Counted from the stretch's first letter, positions 46,754-55,757 are shown. The stretch is DNA of 56,996 nt from an uncultured virus (IMG/VR IMGVR_UViG_3300044843_001102) (IMGVR_UViG_3300044843_001102), one strand, 5' to 3'. Notes: generated from the letters alone by a model not told the origin. Numbers and translations are program-made.

Positions 46754-48625
46754 TTATAAATCCTTACAAATTAATTCTTGACCAGTACAATCTGGTGTTG
46801 CAGTAGCACAATACATAGTCAAAGCATCTTGCCCACAACCAGCTCTTGTCTCAAAATAACGAGCAATTGTTTTTTCTGGGCATAATACTTCTTGATCAAC
46901 ACCTGAGCCTAGTGTTCCTTCTACATTTAAAACTTCTGTCTCGCCAGTTGGTTTGCCAGCAACATCGAGTTTACCACAAACAACTTTTACAGAATTGAAT
47001 AGAGTGCCTCCGGGTTTTTTGCCTTTAATACCAACAACAGCCCAACCACTCTTGCAAACTACAAGCGGAGTTGGAGTTGAAGGATCCCAACCAAAACATC
47101 CAGAACCACCTGATTTTTGTGTAGTTGTTTGAGTTGTTATGACAGTTCCATTTTGTTCAATTGTAACTTTACCACAAACGGCAGTTGTTCTAGTGGCTGT
47201 TTTTTGACCATTACTGAAATCAAAACCTAAACCGATTAAAACATCAGTAGCAGGGCAACCCATCTTTGGACCGACACCACCACCCATTCCTCCTAACATA
47301 CCAGCAGTCACATCGCCAGTATATACGAAGGCAGGCAAAGCACAGCCAAACCCGCTTACACAAGCACAAGAGCCGTCTTTACAGACGCCTTCAGCACATT
47401 TTGTACCATCAACAGCATTTACGGAAGCACATCCATTTACAGCATCACATGAATCAACGGTGCAAAGATTAGCGTCATCACAAACCTTTTGAGCGCCAGC
47501 AATACATGATCCTGCCTCACACTTATCGTCAATGCTACAAACATTATTATCGCTACAAACATTTGTGTTATTCTCAAAATAACAACCTGATTCTGACTTG
47601 CATAGATCAGTTGTACATTCATTATTATCTGCACAACTTAATACTAATCCAGATTTACAAACAGTTTCGGAGCATAAATCATTCACAGTACAAGCGTCAT
47701 TGTCGGTACAAGTTGCTACATTTGCTAAATAAACACAACCATTTGCTGGATCGCAAGTATTGTCTGTACAAACATTATTATCATCACAAATAGCAACTGC
47801 TTTTGATTTGCAAACAACACCCTCACAGGCATCATCTAATGTGCAAACATCGTTGTCTGTACAAGTCGCTTGATTTGGCAAATGATTACAAACATGAATT
47901 TCATCCTTACCAAATGTCTCGCAAGTATCATCTGTGCAAACATTTCCATCATCGCAATTAAATGGTTTACCGCCTACACATTTACCATCTTTGCAAATAT
48001 CTTCTGCGGTGCAACCATCTCCATCGACACAAGTTGCATCAACTGGCAAATGTACGCAACCTTTATCTGCCTCGCAAGAATCTAATGTGCAAGATTCTAG
48101 ATCGTCACAATTAATTTGAATACCAGCAACACATACACCAAGTTGGCATTGATCGCCTGCCGTACATTCATTATTATCGGAACATGGTGTATCAAATGGA
48201 ACTTTAACACACTTACCTTCTTGGCAATCTGGTGCCACACAAGGCAAAGCTATAACGACACAATCGGTCGCCGTAACACATTCTGGTGGTGGAGCAACGT
48301 CCTGAGTTACATCTTCTGGTACATCTTGTGCATCTTGCGTATCTTCTGTGTCCGTTCCTGTAACGCCATCAGGGACAGAAACGTCAGCGTCATCGCTCCC
48401 ACTGTCAGCGAGAACGTCACTTTGGGTACTGTCAGCAACATCGCTAACAACTTCTTCTGTTCCAGATTGCTCATCTTTTGTCTCCGTTACGTCTTGACAT
48501 AAATTACAAACACCGCTGTCTCCAACAACTGCATCAGCACAATCGTGTTTTGTTTCTTTGTGTTCCCAACCTAAATCGTCGCCACATGCAGTCAACAATA
48601 ATAAAGATAATAAAAGTTTTTTCAT
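46754..48625 (-). CDS. Cys-rich repeat lipoprotein
   Basis: Lipobox LTAC (start 48625 with AGGAG SD); repeated C.D.N.CT.D.C units; C-terminal GG.GG lectin-like domain. Confidence 0.75.
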   Translation of the reverse strand: MKKLLLSLLLLTACGDDLGWEHKETKHDCADAVVGDSGVCNLCQDVTETKDEQSGTEEVVSDVADSTQSDVLADSGSDDADVSVPDGVTGTDTEDTQDAQDVPEDVTQDVAPPPECVTATDCVVIALPCVAPDCQEGKCVKVPFDTPCSDNNECTAGDQCQLGVCVAGIQINCDDLESCTLDSCEADKGCVHLPVDATCVDGDGCTAEDICKDGKCVGGKPFNCDDGNVCTDDTCETFGKDEIHVCNHLPNQATCTDNDVCTLDDACEGVVCKSKAVAICDDNNVCTDNTCDPANGCVYLANVATCTDNDACTVNDLCSETVCKSGLVLSCADNNECTTDLCKSESGCYFENNTNVCSDNNVCSIDDKCEAGSCIAGAQKVCDDANLCTVDSCDAVNGCASVNAVDGTKCAEGVCKDGSCACVSGFGCALPAFVYTGDVTAGMLGGMGGGVGPKMGCPATDVLIGLGFDFSNGQKTATRTTAVCGKVTIEQNGTVITTQTTTQKSGGSGCFGWDPSTPTPLVVCKSGWAVVGIKGKKPGGTLFNSVKVVCGKLDVAGKPTGETEVLNVEGTLGSGVDQEVLCPEKTIARYFETRAGCGQDALTMYCATATPDCTGQELICKDL

Positions 48626-48663
48626 AGTTTCTCCTTTTGATAAATAGTTTATCAGAAACACAA

Positions 48664-48693
48664 AACCCCTGTCAAGTTTCCCTGACAGGGGTT
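48664..48693 (-). terminator. Intrinsic terminator after the major capsid gene
   Basis: aacccctgtca/tgacaggggtt stem with U-tract on the minus strand. Confidence 0.75.
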
Positions 48694-48716
48694 CTGCTTA
48701 ATTAACCCTTAGTTGA

Positions 48717-50546
48717 TTAACCAATTAGGTCTTGGCAAACTACTAGGCCATACATGTCTGGACGAACCATCTTCTTGGCGTAGCGAGTCATTAGACCCTT
48801 TCTTGGTACAAAGTCTTCTGTACCGAAGATTGTTGGTGTAATCATTAGTGGGACGTATGGAGCGTAGACATAACCGCTTTCGAGGAATGCCTTGCCTCTA
48901 CGACCAACTAGGATTAGGTTGCGTGGGAAATATGGATCAACATAAAGATCAAACTTCTTGCTGAGGCTACCAGCCTTGACTGCGCCAACTGAACCGCCCT
49001 TTAGGTCTTCCATGCTGACATCAGCGCGGAAACCAGAGGTGAACTCTAGGAGGTTAGCAACTTCTGGTGAAGTTACGAGGAAGTTTGCACCACCACGTCT
49101 TGTCTTTCTGTGGATTTGAGCAGAAACGTCATTGATTGTTTCAATGAGTGTTTCATACCACATGCTGACATTACCTGTGAAGTCTGGTGGGGCACCAACT
49201 GATGTGATGCTTGCACCTGTGTCACGGTTGACAAACTTACCTGGTCTACGGCTCCAGTACTTAGTACCAGCTGTTGCACCCTTAACGAGATCGTTGAGGA
49301 TTTCTTGATCGATTTCAAGAGCAACGTGCTCGGAGAGGATGCTTGTTAACTCAACTTCGGCGTCAAGATTATGGTAAGCATTTAGGTCTTGACCTAATTC
49401 TGGTGACCACTTGGCCTTGAGTTTCTTGGTTTGAGCTGTTACAGCGATGCTATCAACTTTGATGTCAATCTCTGGAATTGTAAAGTTAGCCCCAGGAATA
49501 TCCTGACCATTCAATGTTGAACCAGATCCAGCGCCTTCTAGACCATATAGATCGGTAAGAACAGAACCTATAGAATTACCAGTTGTTAATGTATCCCTAA
49601 TTGCAAAAGTTGTTGATGCAATAGATGGGGCAACACCAACTTCTGAAATTGGAGCACCAGCATCTGTTTTAACAACTACATCTAAAGATTGGCTTACTGG
49701 ACCCAATTTAGTTAGTCTTCTAACCAATGAACCAGAAATTGTTGAACCAGTAATGTTGATTGCTACTAGATTATTTCTATCTAGTTGATTCCAAGTTCCC
49801 AAATCAAAGAATAGTCTTAATTTTTGGTATGTTAAAGCAGAAGTGTCTGCAAGAACATCTGGATCGTATGCGACGAACGCTGCATCTGTTGAGCCAGTTA
49901 ATGAACTACCTGTAGCAGTTGATAGACCAACGTCTGTCCAGCTGGAAGTTTGGTAAACAACAACCGTAGAAGATGCACCAGCCTTACCAGCGTTGCCATA
50001 ATTCCAAGAATGATTAAGCACTCTTGAGCCAGTTACGCTTGAGAAACCGTTATTTAAAGAGTAGAAGCTCTTTTCTAGGTTTTGTACGCCACTTGCATCA
50101 ACACCAGTTAAGCTAACACCACCAGTGATTTGGCTAGCTACAACGTTACCGCCGTAAATAGATTGGCCACCGACTGCACCAGCGAATGTTTTGTTTCCTG
50201 TGTCATTGCTATAGGTAAAATCAAGGAAGAAGATTAGACCGCTTGGGAGGCTCATTGGTTGAACTGCAACGAGTTCATTTGCAATTAGACCACCGAATAC
50301 GCGTCTAACAATTGGGAATGCAACTGCTGCGAAACCTTCAACGTCACCTGCGGACATTGTGGAAGCTTCGCGGAGTAGTTCCTTTGCTTGATTTTCGAGA
50401 AGACGAGACATGGTTGTCTTTGTCATCTCACTATCGATTCCTTCTAGAAGACCTGTTCTTTCCCATTTCTTTGAGAGGGCAGCGCCTTCACGAAGGAGAT
50501 TTCTTTCAACAATATTTTCTGTTAATCTTTCGACTATACTTGCCAT
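48717..50546 (-). CDS. Major capsid protein (T4 gp23 family)
   Basis: KWERTGLLEG, LLENQ, VQPM..PSGLIF, KLKAKWSPEL.QDL.AYH.LDAE.EL, YAPYVPL, G.MTRY. Confidence 0.96.
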   Translation of the reverse strand: MASIVERLTENIVERNLLREGAALSKKWERTGLLEGIDSEMTKTTMSRLLENQAKELLREASTMSAGDVEGFAAVAFPIVRRVFGGLIANELVAVQPMSLPSGLIFFLDFTYSNDTGNKTFAGAVGGQSIYGGNVVASQITGGVSLTGVDASGVQNLEKSFYSLNNGFSSVTGSRVLNHSWNYGNAGKAGASSTVVVYQTSSWTDVGLSTATGSSLTGSTDAAFVAYDPDVLADTSALTYQKLRLFFDLGTWNQLDRNNLVAINITGSTISGSLVRRLTKLGPVSQSLDVVVKTDAGAPISEVGVAPSIASTTFAIRDTLTTGNSIGSVLTDLYGLEGAGSGSTLNGQDIPGANFTIPEIDIKVDSIAVTAQTKKLKAKWSPELGQDLNAYHNLDAEVELTSILSEHVALEIDQEILNDLVKGATAGTKYWSRRPGKFVNRDTGASITSVGAPPDFTGNVSMWYETLIETINDVSAQIHRKTRRGGANFLVTSPEVANLLEFTSGFRADVSMEDLKGGSVGAVKAGSLSKKFDLYVDPYFPRNLILVGRRGKAFLESGYVYAPYVPLMITPTIFGTEDFVPRKGLMTRYAKKMVRPDMYGLVVCQDLIG

Positions 50547-50577
50547 TGTGTTTTCTCCTTTGTTAAAGTTAAGTTAA

Positions 50578-52386
50578 TTATAAACCTGCTAACCGTTTCA
50601 TACGTTCAGCAAAATCATCTTGCTTCTTAGGCTCCGCACGAGAGCCTCTTAGCAAAAGTGAAGAAGAACGTCTTTCAACTGCCTCGCTCAATGATTTGGG
50701 TGTACTTCTACTGGTTCCATCCCGCATTGTGCTTTTTAATGTTTCATAAAGCAATTTTACTTCTTCAGCTGTCTTGGCACCGTCAATAGATTCAGCAATT
50801 TTATTTTTTTGCTGTCCATTTAGGGAACTATCTGATAGCGCCTTATTAGTATATAGTAGCTTATAATTCAATAATCTTGATTCGTGCAATTTTTGTTCAT
50901 ATTTTTTAACTTTATCAGTTAAATTTTCAACAAGATTAATTGACTCTTTTAAACCACTTTTTAGTTTTTTATTAGATTCTTGAAGTTCTTCGACTTCTTG
51001 TTCTAATGCTTCAATTTGTGCTTGAACTTGCTCTAGCATGTAATCATGCTCTGCCTCTTCTTTAAACATACCGGTGAATGGAGATCTTTGACCAGATCTC
51101 TTCCAATCAAGTTTAATAGCTTCTTGTAGTTCTTCTTTATCCGAACCCTTAAGAGAATCTAGTAGATCTTTTAGTTGACGAGCAGAAGCATCAACCATAT
51201 TCTTTGCACTACCTTTTTCGATAGACTTAGAGGCTCTCTCTAATCTTGAAATAATATCGTCAAGTTTAGACTTTTCTTTATCTGTTAAATCTCTTGCTTC
51301 ATCTAAATCTTCTTCCTCGTCCTCTGATTCTTCCTCATCGTCCTCTTCGGAATCTTCTTCGTCTTCCTCAGAATCTTCCTCTTCGTCGTCATAATAATAT
51401 TCTTCGTCCTCTTCGTCTTCCTCGGAGTCCTCTTCTTCTTCGTCTACATCTTCTTCTGACTCTTCATCTTCAAAATCTTCTACGTCAGCGTCTGGATTAT
51501 AGTCTTCTTCGGATTCTTCATCCTCTTCGTCTGTATCGTAATCAACGTGGAATCCTACATCGTCTTCTGTGCCATAAAGATCTTCATCTTCCATATCTTC
51601 GTCGTCTGTAAACTCTTCGTCTTCAATATCAATGTCCATATCGGATTCTTCGTCTTCTAGGTCAACACTACCTTCATCATTATAATCTTGTAAATCTGCT
51701 AATTCATCCGAATCGGATTCCATATCTTTATCTTCAAAATCTTCATCGTCCATTTCTAATTCGTCTTCATCTTCGAATTCTTCGTCGTCTAGTTCTTCGT
51801 CTTCTTCTGATTCTTCTTCATTCTCATCATCTTCTTCTTCTGAGTCTTCATATGGAAAAGAATCTGAATCGAAATCATAATCATCGTCATCATTCATTTC
51901 TTCTTCAATCTGCTCTCTAAGAGAAAGGTTTTTAAGTTCTTGTAACGCCATTTGTTCTGGTGTTTTTTTATTATCTTCAAAACTAAATTCTGACAAAGAA
52001 TCTAAATCTACCTCAACAAGTCCTGTTGGGAAAATTTTATCTTCAATTACTTCTCCGTCTTTAAAAGCATAATTTAGTTTATCAAACATTGAAGATTTAT
52101 TATCTGAGTCTGACTTTGCTTTTTCTGGATCAACAGGAGCAGATCCTGGCATGGTCATACCGGGCATAGGAGCAGCCGCAGGAGCAGCACCAAGACCGGC
52201 CATTGGATCAGCAGCGGGAGCAGCCGCAGCGGGATCAGCTGGAGCAGCGGCTTGTTCTAGTAGTTTTTCTATCTCACCTTCAAATTCATTAGAGTATTTC
52301 TCGATAATGGACTGTTGGGCGTTTTTAATTGCTGCTTCTTTTAATTCTTTAGCATCTAGAATTGCTTGCTCTAACATTGAACTCAT
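50578..52386 (-). CDS. Prohead scaffolding/core protein with long acidic tract
   Basis: Directly upstream of the capsid gene; coiled coil, D/E tract, C-terminal RMKRLAGL. Confidence 0.8.
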   Translation of the reverse strand: MSSMLEQAILDAKELKEAAIKNAQQSIIEKYSNEFEGEIEKLLEQAAAPADPAAAAPAADPMAGLGAAPAAAPMPGMTMPGSAPVDPEKAKSDSDNKSSMFDKLNYAFKDGEVIEDKIFPTGLVEVDLDSLSEFSFEDNKKTPEQMALQELKNLSLREQIEEEMNDDDDYDFDSDSFPYEDSEEEDDENEEESEEDEELDDEEFEDEDELEMDDEDFEDKDMESDSDELADLQDYNDEGSVDLEDEESDMDIDIEDEEFTDDEDMEDEDLYGTEDDVGFHVDYDTDEEDEESEEDYNPDADVEDFEDEESEEDVDEEEEDSEEDEEDEEYYYDDEEEDSEEDEEDSEEDDEEESEDEEEDLDEARDLTDKEKSKLDDIISRLERASKSIEKGSAKNMVDASARQLKDLLDSLKGSDKEELQEAIKLDWKRSGQRSPFTGMFKEEAEHDYMLEQVQAQIEALEQEVEELQESNKKLKSGLKESINLVENLTDKVKKYEQKLHESRLLNYKLLYTNKALSDSSLNGQQKNKIAESIDGAKTAEEVKLLYETLKSTMRDGTSRSTPKSLSEAVERRSSSLLLRGSRAEPKKQDDFAERMKRLAGL

Positions 52387-52425
52387 ATATGTTTCTCCAC
52401 TTATTGTATAATAAATAGTATTATA

Positions 52426-52854
52426 CTATCCAACTCCCAACGAACCAGACCAATTTGCTCCATTTGGTCCAGATGCTTGTAACTCGGATGTTTGTATTCC
52501 AGTTAATGCTGCATAAACAGAACCTGTTAAAATGTCTGCACTATCACTCAATAAAAAAACAGAGGAACACTTTACATCAAAAGTCACTATTGGATCAGAA
52601 GGAGAATTGCTGTCAATTACAAAATAATTTGTTCCAGAACCAGTAACTCCGTTTTGACTAAAACCTACTCTTAATTTTTTATTTTTATTTAAAAGGTGAA
52701 TTGTTACATTCTTTGTTACATAAGGAAAGCTAATTTGCAAAGGAGCTGTGCCAAGAGCAGGAATTGCATTACTGCTTGTTGCAAATGGAATACCACTTAC
52801 TTGATAAGACGGGGCATTTCCAAGCCCAGCATAAGGCCACTGTATATTTGACAT
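52426..52854 (-). CDS. Hypothetical structural protein
   Basis: YQVSGIPF, FPYVT; motif at 52877-52885. Confidence 0.5.
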   Translation of the reverse strand: MSNIQWPYAGLGNAPSYQVSGIPFATSSNAIPALGTAPLQISFPYVTKNVTIHLLNKNKKLRVGFSQNGVTGSGTNYFVIDSNSPSDPIVTFDVKCSSVFLLSDSADILTGSVYAALTGIQTSELQASGPNGANWSGSLGVG

Positions 52855-52884
52855 ATTTTAATCTCCTAGTTTCCAATAAATAGT

Positions 52885-53127
52885 TTAATCTTTCTTTTCT
52901 TTTGGTCTGTCGATTGCTTCTCTTTCTCTACGAAGTTTAGCAAGTACTTTCTTTCTACGATTCTTCAATCTTGATCTTTTTGCTGTTGGAGTTTCATAAT
53001 ATCTTCTATTTTGTAACTCTTCAACAATCTTTTCTTTCTTAACTTTATTAAGAAATCTTTTGATCATTTTATCTTGATGTTCGCCTAGTCTTAGTTTAAC
53101 TTCGACATTAACTCTCTTGTTTGCCAT
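52885..53127 (-). CDS. rpsU: Phage-encoded 30S ribosomal protein bS21
   Basis: VKLR.GE..DKMIKRF..KVKKEKIVEEL..RRYYETPT.KR matches the bS21 pattern; 80 aa, highly basic. Confidence 0.8.
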   Translation of the reverse strand: MANKRVNVEVKLRLGEHQDKMIKRFLNKVKKEKIVEELQNRRYYETPTAKRSRLKNRRKKVLAKLRREREAIDRPKEKKD

Positions 53128-53133
53128 AACGCC

Positions 53134-53508
53134 TCATTTAAATCCCTTTAATCCAGGGATGTTACTAAGGACTGATAAATCCAGTCCTGGATCTCCATTA
53201 TCTCCTCCAAGATTACTTGGACTTGGTGCTGGTTCGATTCCTTCGAAGACATTCGCATATGCTCCATTTCCTATGGAGTCTGCTAATTTTCTTCTAACTT
53301 CGTTTATTTGTGGTTTTGCTTGTGGTTTAACTTGCTCTCTTGGTCTTAGAGGAGTTGGATCTCTTCTAGAAGATTCAGAGAAGGTAGTTTTATTACCTTT
53401 ATTTACTTCACTAATAAGATTTGATAATAAACCTTCTTCTAAAAGCATCTCTTGGAGACATTCTTTTACAAGTGGTTTCATAATTTTTTTCATTTCACTT
53501 TTTGTCAT
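53134..53508 (-). CDS. Putative prohead core protein
   Basis: MTKSEMKKIMKPLVKECLQEMLLEEG leader; located in the head module. Confidence 0.5.
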   Translation of the reverse strand: MTKSEMKKIMKPLVKECLQEMLLEEGLLSNLISEVNKGNKTTFSESSRRDPTPLRPREQVKPQAKPQINEVRRKLADSIGNGAYANVFEGIEPAPSPSNLGGDNGDPGLDLSVLSNIPGLKGFK

Positions 53509-53509
53509 A

Positions 53510-54367
53510 TTAACCTTCTAATAAATTTTTTCTCAAAACACTATATAAATAGTTTTCATAAATCTGTTGATCTTTAAAATGCTTTAAATATTTTCTTATT
53601 TTCTTTTGTAATTTGCCTGTAAATCTTTCTTGTGGATGGTCTATATAATATTCTCTAAGATTATCGCCAAAATCTATATCTTTTGCTACTTTTTGTAGTT
53701 CTGTAGAATCTGATGTGGCGACCAATTCCATCGCTTTATCTATGCCAAAATTGCGAGCAAGCAATTCAGCAAACTCATGACCAAAAGCATCTAGTTCGAT
53801 GTCTGCTCCTAAGTATTGTTTTCTATCTGTATCTGCTCCTGGTATTTGTCCCCAGTCTTCGTATTTTTGTTTTGCCTCTGGTCTTGTAATACCCATTTTC
53901 TTAGACAACCCAGTGTATTGCCTATCGTGTATTAGTTCGTGCCTAATTGCTGTTGCTATGCTGTGAATAATTTTATCTTTATTCATTAAGCTCGGATTAA
54001 AATCTTCAGAGGTTTCCGCAGTATGAAGTATCAACTGCATCTTACCTTTTTGATCTAATCCTGCTTCGGCAGCGATTAAATAATTATTTGGATGTTCGTT
54101 AGTCTGTGAGGATGGTTCCATTTTAACATCTGATGGATTTATCGTAGATACAACAACAGATAAAGGAACTTTTTTGGTTTTGAAGAATGTTTTTAATGCT
54201 TTTGATAATGCAGTAGCACTTTCTGTTTGTTCAATCTCTCCATAACCAGCAACTCTCACAGAATCAGTAAATTCATTATCTTCGTCTAGGAAATTAGAAC
54301 TTGCTAAAAATTGTTCTAACTCCTTGTAAAGTTCTTTCTGTAATATTGCTTCATTCAGCATTATCAC
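53510..54367 (-). CDS. Zincin-like (HExxH) protein
   Basis: RHELIHDRQ...Y....IELDAF. Confidence 0.6.
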   Translation of the reverse strand: MIMLNEAILQKELYKELEQFLASSNFLDEDNEFTDSVRVAGYGEIEQTESATALSKALKTFFKTKKVPLSVVVSTINPSDVKMEPSSQTNEHPNNYLIAAEAGLDQKGKMQLILHTAETSEDFNPSLMNKDKIIHSIATAIRHELIHDRQYTGLSKKMGITRPEAKQKYEDWGQIPGADTDRKQYLGADIELDAFGHEFAELLARNFGIDKAMELVATSDSTELQKVAKDIDFGDNLREYYIDHPQERFTGKLQKKIRKYLKHFKDQQIYENYLYSVLRKNLLEG

Positions 54368-54954
54368 TCTCCAATAAGAATGTCGTTTATTGCTCTATAA
54401 ATCTTATCGGATTTTGTAAAGATATTTGGTTCTTTGTGCTCTTTAAATAAGAAAGCACCAGTTGTGGATGGTTCTGAAACAAGGTCAAAGCATATTAATT
54501 GGAAGTCGTCTTGTACCATCGTAACTCCGCTTTGTTCTTTTGTTGATCCAAGACCGCGAGAAGAGACACCAAGTTTGACTCCACCTTTAATAAGATCTTT
54601 AGCGATTCTACCTGCTGGAGTATCTAATAGTCTTAGTTTGCCAACAACTTCATCGCCTTTCATCTCAATGTGTGTTACAATGTGAGAAGCATTCTTTAAT
54701 TCAATAACAGAAGAATCTGGGTGGTCTAATTCGCCTAATGCTCTTTTTTCTTGAACAAGCTTTTTATAGTTTTCCACTTCTCTTTGGAGAGTTCTCTTTG
54801 GATAAACTCTGCCGTTGCCGTTCTTAGCATCTGCTTTTTGTAAACGGCCAGCAAGAATAACATCGCCAGCTTCAATCATTCTCTTATCGTCTTCTGTTAG
54901 AAGAGAAGAATCGTTATCAAGTTCAAGAAATTCTGTTAAAACATATTTATTCAT
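54364..54954 (-). CDS. Prohead core protease (T4 gp21 family)
   Basis: NGNGRVYP, ALGELDHP, ASH, GVSSRGLGS, FDLVSEPST. Confidence 0.95.
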   Translation of the reverse strand: MNKYVLTEFLELDNDSSLLTEDDKRMIEAGDVILAGRLQKADAKNGNGRVYPKRTLQREVENYKKLVQEKRALGELDHPDSSVIELKNASHIVTHIEMKGDEVVGKLRLLDTPAGRIAKDLIKGGVKLGVSSRGLGSTKEQSGVTMVQDDFQLICFDLVSEPSTTGAFLFKEHKEPNIFTKSDKIYRAINDILIGE

Positions 54955-54955
54955 A

Positions 54956-55174
54956 TTATGGTGTTGCCTTAAATTTTGAAACAGCTGAAATTACTGCGAG
55001 AGCATTTGCTTGGTTCATCGTGGCAAATTTTCTTGCGTCATCAAGCAAACTATTTAGTTGTTTTAATGTAGAAGAATCAACAGGAGTTGGATTACCAACT
55101 TGTTCATTTAAATTTTTAAATCTAGAAACTTCTTCTTCAATAATTTCATTTAATCTTTCATATGATATTTTCAT
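54956..55174 (-). CDS. Small putative core/internal protein
   Basis: Leader MKISYERLNEIIEEEVSRFKNLNE. Confidence 0.5.
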   Translation of the reverse strand: MKISYERLNEIIEEEVSRFKNLNEQVGNPTPVDSSTLKQLNSLLDDARKFATMNQANALAVISAVSKFKATP

Positions 55175-55195
55175 AGTCAGCACCCGCCCTTACAA

Positions 55196-55543
55196 TTAGT
55201 TGGTGGTCTTTTCATCCACTTGTTTGTCCAGAGGTTGACTCCCTGATTTGATTTTAAAATTAAAGCCGTCATCGCTTACTCCCATGTTCAGTATGTAGCT
55301 TGTTCCTGAACTTAAGCACCCCAACAGGATAAAATTAATAAATGTCTGTCCAAAACTAAATAGTTCTGTATATGGCGAAATGCCACATAGGAACATTCCT
55401 ACCCAAAATCCCATACACATAGGACACTTGAATAGTTCTCCAAGTTTACCTTTTGTTGGTCTTATTGGATTTAATATACTACCATAACAAAGTATTTGGG
55501 TTAAACCGTAAGAAACGAGAATAAAATAAATTAGTTGTAGCAT
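55196..55543 (-). CDS. Membrane protein, DUF1360-like
   Basis: TM helices and GELFKCPMCMGFWVG. Confidence 0.55.
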   Translation of the reverse strand: MLQLIYFILVSYGLTQILCYGSILNPIRPTKGKLGELFKCPMCMGFWVGMFLCGISPYTELFSFGQTFINFILLGCLSSGTSYILNMGVSDDGFNFKIKSGSQPLDKQVDEKTTN

Positions 55544-55553
55544 TGTTCCTCTA

Positions 55554-55745
55554 TTAAACTGAACCAACCAATAAACTATCTTTTATTATACCTTGCAATG
55601 ATAGATGTCCTACGATTGGAGCATCTGGTGTTAAAGATGGATTATATGGTACGGTACTGTTCCAAGTTGTATTTATATTTGCTCCTACAAGTTCTACTGT
55701 TTTTGTAGTGCCGTCTGGTAATTTTATAATAACAGTTATTTCCAT
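55554..55745 (-). CDS. Hypothetical protein
   Basis: GGAG SD, in operon. Confidence 0.45.
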   Translation of the reverse strand: MEITVIIKLPDGTTKTVELVGANINTTWNSTVPYNPSLTPDAPIVGHLSLQGIIKDSLLVGSV

Positions 55746-55757
55746 TTTATTGCTCCC

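Noticed and set aside
47380..48300. Periodic repeats as a possible DGR template/variable pair or CRISPR
   Set aside because: The repeats are at protein level (Cys-rich units) with divergent DNA; no reverse transcriptase or cas gene is in the window.
51290..51910. Repetitive tcttc/tcgtc DNA as a possible CRISPR or tandem array
   Set aside because: It is the reverse complement of Glu/Asp codons in the scaffold; there is no fixed repeat-spacer structure.
2291..53554. TAAATA read as T4-type late promoters firing on the plus strand
   Set aside because: There are no plus-strand genes downstream; the spacing is consistent only with minus-strand starts.
1055..54685. Numerous plus-strand ORFs in the ORF track
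   Set aside because: They lie antisense to well-supported minus-strand genes and have low-complexity S/F/L-rich translations typical of shadow ORFs.
55357..55365. Additional ACTATTTA copy
   Set aside because: It lies inside a CDS about 180 nt from the next start, so it may be a chance match; not counted.
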